Shown here one piece after another: positions 12,601 through 24,098 of a stretch of DNA of 64,000 bases. The notes under the pieces were generated by a model, which searched no databases, was not told where the DNA came from, and saw nothing but the letters and a program-made list of their open reading frames with translations. The position numbers were made by a program, and so were the translations under genes. Source of the stretch: Mobula hypostoma (lineage: Eukaryota). Location of the stretch: assembly GCF_963921235.1 (NCBI RefSeq), contig NC_086107.1, forward strand, positions 95,916,001-95,980,000. Direction: 5' to 3'. Every line of letters begins with the position of its first letter. Position 1 is the first letter of the stretch.

Positions 12601-13789
12601 TTGGTGTTCTGGTCTTGTGTGCCATGATGCAGTGAAAAGTTTGTCTTGCAAACTGCTCATACAGATCAAATCATTACACAGAGCATTAAAGCTCACCTGT
12701 CAGGAAGCATAGAGGAGGCTTAGCCCAGAAGCAGAGCGGCGGAGACGGTACAGTGGTGAACAATATCTCTAATAATAGGCCACAAATAACAAGCCACGAG
12801 GGGCCACAGAGCAAGAGAGAACAGGAACCAAACACAACAGGCAACAAGGTGAACGTCAGGCAGCGAGAGTGACAGCTAGGAGCAACTAGCTGGTTCCACG
12901 AGAGGACAAAGACTGTGGATGAGAGCGAGGGTTAAATAGGCTGCGGGCAATGAGTGGCAGGTGGGGTCGGGGAGGTGCCAGCAGGGTCAGGCCGGGAGCT
13001 GGGCTAACTGTGAACAAGGTAAAACAATATCAGTGCAGAATAAACTACAGAAGCTACAGAGAAAATGGAAGAGAGGGGAGGGGGTGAGTCGAGGAGTGAC
13101 TGATGTCAAACGGAGGGCACTGTAGAAGAAGCGTTTGATGTGTAGGAAGCCCGGAAGACTGTCAGTAGCCCGATCTCCAGGGTGTTGCTGTAACCACTGA
13201 AAAGAAATGTGTTGATGCTTATGTTACAATGCGAAAAGTATATTATATTGCAAAATTACCTCTTGCAGTAAAAGGAGATTATTTTTCATTTCACCACGGT
13301 TGCTAAGGCATTGAATCAGAATAACTGGGAAGCTGTGTCTGAGCTTTGGAGGTGAGTCAGTGACCAGGGGTGGGAGGGAGGGGAGGGGAGGGATGTTGTG
13401 TGTCACTGCCGGAGAGGGAGAGAGAGAGAGAGATGATTAACCAGGTGCAGGGAAAATGCAAGTTTATAATCACCGGCCTCAACCCTCAGCCTCCAGGTAG
13501 GACTGAGGTGTTCACCAATGCTTCTTACCACAGCAACAAGAATTACCTGCAGCCTGGTGTTGAGAGAGGAAGAGATTCTCTTCTGTCTCAAAGTAAATTT
13601 ATTATCAGAGTACACATATGTCACAACGCACAACACACATTTTTCTTGTGGGCATACACAGTAAATCCAAGAAACATAACAGAATGTCAGGAGATGGAAG
13701 GGAGAGTCAGGTCGTGGAGAGCACCCCTGCGGTGCTCCCCCTTAACAATGTACTCCATTTTGAGTACTGCTGGGGGGGACAACCTACCT

Positions 13790-14470
13790 GGGGTTTGTGT
13801 CCACAGGACACTCAAAGCTTCTGCGCCAGTTAACAGGGTTGTTAAGAAGGCGTATGGTGTGTTGGCATTCATCAACCATGGGAATGAGTTCAAATGTCAG
13901 GTAATGTTACAGTCATAGACGACCTTGGTCAGTCCCCACATGAAGTACTGTATTCATTTCTGGTCGCCTCACTACAGGAAGGATGTGGATACTGTAGAGA
14001 GCGTTCAGGGGGAGATTTACAAGGATGGTGCCTGGATTGGAGAACGTGCCTTATGAGAATAGGCTGAATGAACTTGGCCTTTTCTCCTTGGAGCGACGGA
14101 GGGTGAGAGGTGACCTAATAGAGGTATATAAAATGATGAGAGGCATTGATTGTGTGGATAACCAAAAGCTTTTTCCCAGGGTTGAAGTAGCTAACATGAG
14201 GGGACAGAGTTTTTAGGTGCTTGGAAGTAGGTACTGAGGGGATATCAGGGTTAAGTTTTTCACACAGAGAGTGGTGGGTGTGTGGAATGCACTGCCAGTG
14301 ACAGTGGTGGAGACAGATATAATGGGATCTTTTAAGAGGCTCTTGGACAAGTACATGGAGCTTAGAAGAATAGAGGGCAATGTGGTAAGATAATTCTAGA
14401 CAGTTTCAAGAGTAGGTTGCATGGATGGCACAACATTGTGGGCCGAAGGGCCTGTAATGTGTTGTATTTT
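13790..14470 (+). mobile_element. CR1 LINE 3' fragment
   Basis: [43 protein letters not shown]; gggccgaagggcctg 3' end. Confidence 0.85.
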
Positions 14471-15351
14471 TTTAAAGCATCAGTGAAAGACCGCACCCAA
14501 TAGGACGGACAAACAACCAATGTGCAAAAGACGACAAAGTGTGCAAATACAAAAGGAAAAAAAACAGTAAATGAGCAATAAATATTGAGAACATGAGATG
14601 GAGAGTCCTTGTAAGTGATTCAGTAGGATGTGGGAATAGTCCAGTGATGGGGTAAGTGAAGTTATGCCCATTGGTACAAGAGCCTTTTGGTTGAGGGGTA
14701 ATGACTGTTCCTGAACCTGGTGGTGTGCGTTCTGAGGCTCCTGTACTTTCTTCCTAACGGCAGCAGGGAGAAGAGAGCCTTGCCGGCGTGATGCCTTCCT
14801 GCAACGGTGCTCCGTGTAGATGGGCTGAATGGTGGGGAGGGCTGTCGCATTGTCTTGCATCCCCTGTACGAGATCAGCTCCTCACAATCAAGTGATCCTG
14901 TGGCTACCTCCCCGGAGAATAGTGGGCCTGTCTGCTGTAAGGTCTGTGTGCTCACAGAAACGTAGCCAATGAGAGGTCTTCTTTTACTACCGTGTCTGAG
15001 AAATTCTCGCTCTTACTCTGAATAACCTACGTAATTAATCCACCAATACTTGGCAGTTATGAAACAGAGACTCTGTATTCAGTTCAGGCCTGCTGGGAGT
15101 ATTGCTGACTGGATAATGGCCTTGCAATGGAATCTTCAAAACTATTCAGTTTTAAAAAGCTGCCCATGTGTTAAAATGGTTGGAAGTGGTCTAACTTTCA
15201 ACTTTGTTAAGATGTAGATTCATAAATGCCTTCAGTAACTCCACGTACAAAAGCACACTGTCTTTTAATAGCGTCACTCCTGTGGAATGGTGGGCAAAGC
15301 TGCCGGTGAACTGGCTTAATCCCGACCTCGGCTGCTGTTTGGAGTTTGCAC

Positions 15352-15882
15352 CAGGGGTGCAGTGCTAGCCGGAGCGCACCCAGCACATCTTTAAGAAAAA
15401 AGCCGAAATAAACAAGCTAATTAATTAGGTGCTGCCCAGAAGCCAATCTTCATTAGAGGAACTGAGGTGGAGAGGGTCAGTAACTTTAAATTCTTCGGCA
15501 TTAAGGATCGACGTTTCTCTCTCTGAAAAGTGTCAGAGGATCTGTCCTGGGACCAGCATGTAACTGTCATTACAAAGAAAGCCCGGCAACGCCTATACTT
15601 TATTAGAAGTTTGTGTAGATTCAACATGTCACCTCGATCCCGACAGCCCTGTCTTTTCAGCCTGTCTGGGCTGGCGTTTAAATTGACCAAACAATGGAAC
15701 GGCTAAAGGCTCCAGCGCCCTGGAAAGAGGAGTGAACATCGCGTAGAGCAAGTGAAATCGGCAATCGTCTCTGATCTGGGCCGATATTTACGTGCCAGGC
15801 GGCACCTAATTAATTAGCTTGTTTGTTTCGGCTTTTTTCTTAAAGGTGTGCCGGGTGCGCTCTGGCTAACACTGCACTCCTG
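15352..15882. mobile_element. Non-autonomous hAT-type DNA transposon with ~85-bp TIRs and 8-bp TSD, carrying LINE fragments
   Basis: CAGGGGTGCAGTG...CACTGCACTCCTG inverted ends; TSD GTTTGCAC at 15344-15351 and 15883-15890; inserted into a V-SINE-like core. Confidence 0.85.
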
Positions 15883-18800
15883 GTTTGCACGTTCTCCCTG
15901 TGACCACATGCTCTTTCCCATTTCCTCCTCATCCCAAAAACGTGCAGGTTTGTAGGTTAATCGGCTAGTGTAAATTGCCCCAGTGAGTAGGTGGGTGGTG
16001 GGAACTGGGGCAGTTGAGGGCTTTTGAGGAGGATGGACAGTGTAAATGGTGGTAGGTGTAGTTTCAGTGGGTAGGGGAGCTTGTTTCCATGCTGGATGGT
16101 ACCAATTTAAAGATAATTCTTGAGAACCATGGTTACTTCACTGACCATCAGAGACTTTGTGGAATGGAGAAATGGTTCTCCAGATACTTGTAGCTCAGTG
16201 AAGAGTAATAATCAAATATTTTCTGAAGTTCTTTAAACTGTATGCCATGATTTGGTGAGAGAAGGGGAGAGGGTAAGTTGTGTCAGAGGTACCACTAATC
16301 TTCCACCAAACACAGAGCGGTCCTCAGAGACTCAACACAGTCTTAACACCAAACGACTGATTCATAAACCCTATAATCTGTCACTTGTTGAATGTATTCT
16401 GAACTGACTAGTTTGCAAGAGTGAAAAAGTGCTGGTTAAGTGTGAAAACTTTAGTTATAGCGAAAAGAAAAAGTGTTTAATTATTTGGCCTGACAAAAAA
16501 AAATCGAAATCAAAGTTCAGTTTACTGTCATATGCACAAGCACTTGTAGGCAGAGATACAATGAAAAACTTAATTGCAGCAGCATCACAAAGCATCTGAT
16601 AAGCAGCAGTCACAACAAAAGCATAAATTGTACAAAATTGTGCAATAAGGGACACAATTAGAGCACCCATACTAGAGAGACAGCGCTAAGCAATATTGCA
16701 CCCATATTGTACTGTCTCAGTACTTTTATATTTGTGTGCTGTAGTGCTTTTTTATTCGCAGTTATTTTGTAAATAACCCTATTCTTTGCATTTCTGGTCA
16801 GATGCTAAATGTATTTCATTGGCTTTGTATCTGTACTCGGCACAATGACAATAAAGTTGAATCTAATCTAATCTTTAAAAAAAAGGTCCATTGTAGCGCA
16901 GTGGTCACAGTGTTGCTGTGCCTAAGTCATGATTAGGAGTTTGCCCATTGGTTCAAGAACCAGATGGTTGAAGGGAAGATGCTGTGCTTGAACCTGGTGG
17001 TGTGAGACTTCAGGCTTCTGTACCACCTGCCCAGTGGTAGCTGTGAGAAGACGGCATGGTCCAGGTGGGTGGGGATTTTTGAAGCTGCATGTTGCCTTTT
17101 TGAGGCAGTGCCTCCTGTAGATCCTACCGACGGTGGGAAAGGATGTGCCCGAGATGTATCAAACTGAACCCACTACTCTCTGCAGCTACTTGTGTGTCCG
17201 TACATACAAATTGCAGTAGCAGACCATGATCTAACCAGTCAGGATATGTTCAATGGTACATCTGTAGAAATTTATTAACATATTCAATGATAAGCCACTT
17301 TGCCATCCCCTCTACCATCCAATTTCTAAATGGACACTGAGTCCATGAACACTACCTCACCACATTTTTTATTTATTTCTGTTTTTCCCCGTAACGTTAA
17401 CTTAACTATTTAATATACATGTATGAGAAGGAAGCCTTTAACGCCGAGTGGAGTCATCGGGATGCCATCATGACGGCTTTTTTTTAAGCAGGCTTTCTTA
17501 TTTTTATGAGGCCGAGTTGCTAGCTCGATGCTCAAGCCAGCACGGATGGAAAGCGTGCAAGGGAGCCGGTTGGATTCAAACTCGGGAGCCTGCTGGATTT
17601 GAACTCAGGAGCCTTCGCTCCGAAGTTTGGCACTGATGCCACTACGCCACCAGCCAGCCAATATACATATATAATCACTGTAATTCTTTTTTTTTCTATA
17701 TTTATCATATATTACATTGTACTGCTGCCACAAAGTATATATATAATTTTTTTTGTATTTGCACTGTTGTCTTTTGCACACTGGTTGATTGCCTAAGATG
17801 GTGCGGTCTTTCATTGATTCTATTATAGCTATTATTCTATTATGGGTTTATTGAGTACGCCTGCAAGAAGGTAGCATGGCAGTTACCGCGATGCTATTAT
17901 AGCTTGGGGTTTTGGAGTTCGGAGTTCAATTCCGGCATCCTCTGTAAGGACTTTGTACATCCTCCGTGTGGAATGCATGGGTTTTCTTTGGGTACCCCAG
18001 TTTCCTTCCACAATCCAAAGGACTACCAGTTAATTAGTTATTGTAAATTGTGTTTTGACTAGGCTAGGATTCAATCAGGGGTTGTGGCACAGCTTGAAGG
18101 ACTGGAAGGGCTTATTCTGCACCTTATCTGTAAATAAGTAAAAATGAATCTCAGTGGTGTATATGGTGACATAAATGTACTTTGATAAATTGGCGTTGAA
18201 CTTGAGGGCAGGGCGGTAAACATGGTTTATGTCAACCTCAGTAAGGCCTATGATAAAGTTCCGTATGATAGGCCGATCCAGAAGGTTAGATTACATGGAA
18301 TTCAGGGAGAAATGGCTAATTGGATACATAATTGGCTTCATGGAGGAAAACAGAGAGTGAGAGAGGAAGATTTTCTTGGACTTGAGGCCCATGACTAGTG
18401 GTGTACCTCGGGTGAGTGCTGGGTCCATTGTTGCTTGTCATTTATATCAATGATTTGGAAAAGAATGTACAATTGGAATTGGTTTATTATTTTCACAGGT
18501 TTCGAGTTGCAGTGAAAAGTTTGTCTTACATACTGGTAAACAATAAGAGAATGTAGAATAAAGTGCAATGCAGGTAGGTAACAAAGTGCAAAGTCATTGT
18601 GAGGTCAGGAATCTATCTTATACTGGAGTAGAAGCCGCTTTTGAGCCTGGTGGTATGTGCTTTTCAGACTGATGGAGGAGAGAATGTCTGAGGTGGTGAG
18701 GGTCTCTGATTATGCTGAGGAAGCAAGAACTGTAGACAGAGTCCATGGAGGGGAAGCTGGTTTCTGTGATCTGCTGAGCTGTGTCCACAACTCGTCAGTT

Positions 18801-19824
18801 TCTTGTGGTCACATACAGAGCAGTTGCCATATTAAGCCATTATGTATCCAGAGAGGATGCATTCTATGGCACATCAATTAAAAATTGGGAAGTGTCCATG
18901 GCAATATGCCAAACTAGATTGAACAGTAAGATTGTGGGTAATAGTAAAATAGATGGTATAGTGAACAAGGAAGAACATTATCAAAATGACAGTGGGACCT
19001 TGATCAGATGAGTAGTGGGTGAAGGGAATGGCAGAAGGAGTTTAACTGGGAAAAATCCGAGGTGTTGCCTTTTGGAAAGTCAAATACGGATAGACCTTTC
19101 ACAGTGACCGGAAGAACCCCAGGGAGTGCTGTAGACAGAGAGACCTTCTTTACCTGCAACTTCCACTTTCAGGGAAGCGAGTACATGTTTCCCTGAAAGT
19201 GGAAGTCACAGGTAAAGAAGGCTTTCGGCAAGCAGGCCTTCATAAGTCAGGGAGGTGATGGTGCGGTGGTGCAGGACGCTGCAGAGGCCACACTTGGAGT
19301 ATTGTGTTCAGTTTTGGTCGCCTTGCTGTAGGGAAAATGTTATTAAACAGGAAAGAGTGAAACAGGAAACATTTTGCTGGCTGCTGCTGGGACTTAAGAG
19401 CATGATTTATAGCAAGGTGTTGGACCAGGGGTGGCGCTAAGGTGGTGCTAGCTGGTGCTATAGCCCCAGCAGAGATTGCAATGGCACCAGCGTAGCACCA
19501 CCAAGAAATTAACTGAAATTTCACAAACAAATTGCAGCTGCTTTGCTTTCTTTGTATAGTTTTGTTTCTCCAGTTGATCGAGTGAAACAGCGCCCCCAAT
19601 TACCGTAGCACCCACGCAGCAATAAAGTTATAAACTCTGTCAGATCCACTCTACACTTCTGCTTATTCGTTCATTGTCAATGTCTTGCCTTTGCTGTCCT
19701 CAGATCAGTTAAACTGATCTAAGATCACTTATGGTGGTGAGGTCACTCACTCTCACTCATGCGAGAGATTGATAGTATACATCCAGGCGCAGATCCATGG
19801 TCTCATGAGACTAACGGATGCCCT

Positions 19825-19825
<1 letters not shown>

Positions 19826-19864
<39 letters not shown>
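19826..19864. repeat. (CA)n microsatellite tail of a 5'-truncated SINE (19783-19823)
   Basis: Visible directly; preceded by the SINE 3' end gagactaacggatgcc. Confidence 0.9.
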
Positions 19865-19866
<2 letters not shown>

Positions 19867-19921
19867 TGCTTTTACAAGCTACCATGGGCCTGGCACGTGC
19901 ATTATTTTGGCCGGCGTGAAA

Positions 19922-20398
19922 ATGGATCGAGTTTTAGTGAGAAAACGACCTCACCCAGAGGAATCAGTGGTGTTTCAGCCCGAGCATGTCTTAATTGAAA
20001 GTGACTTGCAGGAAGGAGTAAGTGGAGATGAGGACGACAGCAGTTCATCGAAGGAGTGTGAGGGCGAAGTAGAGGAACAAGAAATGGAGCGAGATTCGGA
20101 AGAGAACGTGGATGAAGCTGCTCTTGATGCTAGTGGGAATACTGCTAGCGATGTTAGCCAGCAGCCTGAGGAAGGACCCCGTCAGTCAGCATTGGAAAAA
20201 GTACCCTTCGCTGCTCGCAACAGTTTGGCAATCAGCAAAGGAGTTTTATTCGTGGCTGGTTTATCTGACTGGAATATTCAATCACGAAAGGTACTACGTT
20301 CTGCTTCATATGCAGTCATTTCCTGTGTGGAGGATATAGATTCCATTTTGAGTCTACCTTCACTGTCACCGGTTACCTCAACTGGTGGAAAGCTATAA
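19922..20398 (+). pseudogene. RCC2 (TD-60)-like N-terminal gene fragment nested in intron 1
   Basis: ATG-initiated ORF: RKR, SGDED + acidic tract, then SKGVLFVAGLSDWNIQSRK, resembling recalled RCC2 KGQLLIFGATNWDLIGRK; possible donor AAG|gtacta at 20290; no further RCC1 repeats seen. Confidence 0.45.
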
Positions 20399-21884
20399 CA
20401 GCTTTCAAAATCCACCATACCAGCCAAACAACGGCAGATGGGACTGTCTTGGAGGGTATGTTGGTCAGCATGGGCCAGTTGGGCTGAAGGGCCTGTTCTC
20501 ATACTGTGTGATTTTTGACCAAACGTGGTCGTGTCTGTACTGCCACTTCCTCTGGCAGCTCATTCCTGAGGGTGAATCTCTAACCCTACAGATCTCCTTT
20601 GAATTTCTACCCTCACGTTAAACCTGCTCCCTCTGGTCCCAAACTCCCCTGCTGTGGGGAAGAGAGAGATTCTATCTGTCCTCCTCACCATGAAATAAAT
20701 CTCAGTCTCCTCTTGAGTTTATTTTCCCTTCCCGTGAAAATAAACTCAAGCTATCTAATCTCCCTGACTTCCTGCCCTCCATCCCAGGCGTCATCCTGGA
20801 GATTTGCTCCGCACACTCTTTATCACTGCCACATCCTTGTGGTAGCAAATTTAATTTGGAGGTAGTCCATGCTTGGTATGATTACCTTGGGGTAATCAGT
20901 CTCCCCACCACCCATCATCGCCCCACCACCCATCATCTCCCCAATCACAAACCACCAACATCCCCCTCACCCACCCACTGCTCCACAGCTGACCATTGGG
21001 TCTAGCCGGGTTGCTTGATTACAGTCCACATTCACCCAAGACTGACTGGGAAGAAGGCCAAGTCTGTATGTATATTTCAGGCAGAGGTTGATAAATTCTT
21101 GACTGGTCAGGGCTTGAAGGGATATGGGGAAAAGACAGGAGATTGGGGCTGAGAGGAAAAGTGGATCAGAGGAGACTTGATGGGCCGAATGTCCTAATTC
21201 TGCTCCTATGTTTTTACGGTTCAAGGCAAGGCCCACAGACAAAATTGCATCGGCTCCTCCTCCCTCCCCCTCAGCACAACAATCCTCCACGAGTCCCCTC
21301 TGAAATTCTAAACACGAGTGACAGCCAGTGTGAAGAGGTAATAACCACAGGGCTGTGCTTTCTAACCTGGTGTGCCGGTGTTCGAGTCGATGGTGGAAAG
21401 ACTAAGGGGAGTGTAAACGCCTGTCTTGTCTGCCCTGGGGACGGACTGTTTGTCAGTGCCACCATGGGGGAATACAGCGGGCAGGGAATCAAGCTGGAGA
21501 GTTGCAGCAGAGCTGGGAAACAGGTCTCTGAATGAGCTGCCCAACTGGGATCTCGTTTGGTGTCAAGAAAGGGTAACCTAGCACCTGAAGATAGGGTCCT
21601 AGGGCAATACAGCACAGCTACAGGCTCGTCCCAGTTTCCTGTGTTCAGCCCAGGTCACTCCGAGCCCTGTGCCTCCGAGTAGCTGTCCAACTGTTTCTGA
21701 AATTATAGTATCGTACCTGCCTCACCAGCTATATCTCATTAAGAGTTTGAAGAGATTTGGCATGTCGCCTAGCACACTCGCAAACTTCTACAGATGTGCT
21801 GTGGAGAGCATACAGACGAGCTGCATCACCGTCTGGTATGTGGGGGGGGGGTGGGGGGAGCTACTGCGCAGGATCAAAGTACAG

Positions 21885-22450
21885 TAAGTACTTGGGGTAT
21901 TGTGTGCAGTTTTGGGCTCCTTATTTTAGAAAGGATATACTGACATTGGAGAGGGTTCAGAGAAGATTCACGAGAATGATTCCAGGAATGGAAGGGTTAT
22001 CGTATGAAGAACGTCTGGCAGCTCTTGGGCTGTATTCCCTGGAGTTCAGGAGAATGAGGGGGGACCTCATAGAAACATTCCGAATGTTAAAAGGCCTGAA
22101 CAGATTAGATATGGCAAAGTTATTTCCCATAGTAGGGGAGTTTAGGACAAGAGGACACGACTTCAGGATTGAAGGACGTACGTTTAGAACAGAGATGTAG
22201 AGAAATTACTTTAGTCAGAGGGTGGTAAATCTGTGGAATTTTGTTGCCACGAGCGGCTGTGGAGGCCAAGACGTTGGGTGCATTTAAGGCAGAGATAGAT
22301 AGGTTTTTAAGTAGCCAGGGCATCAAAGGGTATGGGGAGAAGGCAGGGGAATGGTGATGACTGGAAGAATTGGATCAACCCATGATTGAATGGCGGAGCA
22401 GACTCGATGGGCCAAATGGCCTACTTCTGCTCCTATATCTTATGGTCTTA
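21885..22450 (+). mobile_element. Young CR1 3' fragment inserted within a Rex1-type LINE (21720-22875)
   Basis: [30 protein letters not shown]...; Rex1 coding sequence on both sides. Confidence 0.85.
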
Positions 22451-23955
22451 TAAGCTGTAGTGAGTTGTAAACTTAGTCAGCTGCATCATGGGCACTAGCC
22501 TCCGTAGTGTCCAGGACATCTTCAAGGAGCTGTGCCTTAGAAAAGCAACGTCCACGATTAAGGATCCCCACCACCCAGGACGTGCCCTCTTCTCATTGCT
22601 ACCATCAGGAAGGAGGTACAGAAGCCTGAAGATACACACTCAGTGATTCAGGAACAGCTTCTTCCCCTCTGCCATTCAATTTCTGAAAGGACATTGAAAG
22701 GATGAACACCACCTCCCTACTTTTTTAAATTTCTTTTTTTGCACTGCTTGTTTAATTTAAATATTTAATACATGTATACTTACCGTAATTCAGTTTTTTT
22801 CTCTATTATGTATTGTACTGCTGCTGCAAAAGTTAATAAATTTCATGACAAGCGCCAGTGATATTAAATCTGATTCTTTCCTCTAGTCATAGTTATAGTC
22901 ATACTTTATTGATCCCGGGGGAAATTGGTTTTCGTTACAGTTACACCATAAATAATAAATAGTAATAGAAATAGTAATAGTAATATTACTATTAGTAAAT
23001 AGTAATAGTCATAGAAATAATAAATAGTAATAGAAAATAGTAATAAATAGTTAAATAGTAATATGTAAATTATGCCAGTAAATTATGAAATAAGTCCAGG
23101 ACCAGCCTATTGGCTCAGGGTGTCTGACCCTCCAAGGGAGGAGTTGTAAAAGTTTGATGGCCACAGGCAGGAATGACTTCCTATGATGCTCTGTGCTGCA
23201 TCTTGGAGGAATGAGTCTAGCAGCTCATTCTGCATGCTCTCTGTGAAAAATTCACCCCTCAGGTCCCTTTCAAATCTACCTAATCTCATACTAGTTTTGG
23301 TCTCCCCTACCCTGGGGAAAAGACTGTTACTGTCTACTTTGTGTATGTCTGTCATAATTTTAAACATTTCTATACATTTCAGGGAATAAAGACGAGCCAG
23401 GCTGACCTCTCCCTGTAGACTCCAGCGCTCTAGTCCTGGCAAAATCCTTGTAAATCTTTTCTGCATTCCTTCCAGTTTCACCAGGTCTTTGTGATAATAG
23501 GGTGACCAAAACCGTGCACAGCCTCACCAACAACTTGTACAACGGTGGCATAACATCCCGTCTCCTGCCCTGACCGATGAAGACCAGCCTGCGATGATGT
23601 GCTTTCTGCCTCCATTTCAGTTCCCTCCTTTGCACCTGACCCCAGCCCCTGAATGTTCAAGGTGACTGTCCGGATTTGATCCCCATGCCGGGAAAGAAGT
23701 CTCTCTGGATTTCATTTGAGAACAACTCTGGGGTGCCAGGCTCTTTCTGCTGTGCCCAAGGCCCCTCTGCCCACTTCAGAGCCTCCTGGACCCCTGCACA
23801 ATGCTGTCAGTTTAAGTGACAGGCAGGACATCAGGACCTGTTGTCAGGAAAAAAAAACACATGGGAGGTCCTGTTCCTGTCACCAGCACAGCCTCTCTGG
23901 TTGGAAGGGTTAATAACAGGACATGAATGTTCTAGCCACTTCTTTAACTTTTCAG

Positions 23956-24098
23956 GTTTGACCACTGCAAGCTTCTGTGAAAGAAGAAGATGGAGTTTGC
24001 CAGCAGCCACTTCTACATTCGAAGTCCAGCTGACACGAATCACACCAAGCAGCCCGGTGGAATTTGCCCCTCGGGGTCCGAGAGCAGTGATGGGATTG
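23956..24098 (+). CDS. cpras1: First coding exon (5'UTR 23956-23989; ATG 23990; [13 protein letters not shown]...SDGI)
   Basis: Acceptor ttttcag|, donor G|gtaagt (phase 1), upstream in-frame stop at 23978. Confidence 0.8.

Larger units (their letters stand above)
18200..20520 (+). mobile_element. Fragmented CR1 LINE interrupted by other repeats and by the 19426-20430 block
   Basis: KAYDKVP...[18 protein letters not shown], and CR1 3' end resuming at ~20435. Confidence 0.6.
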
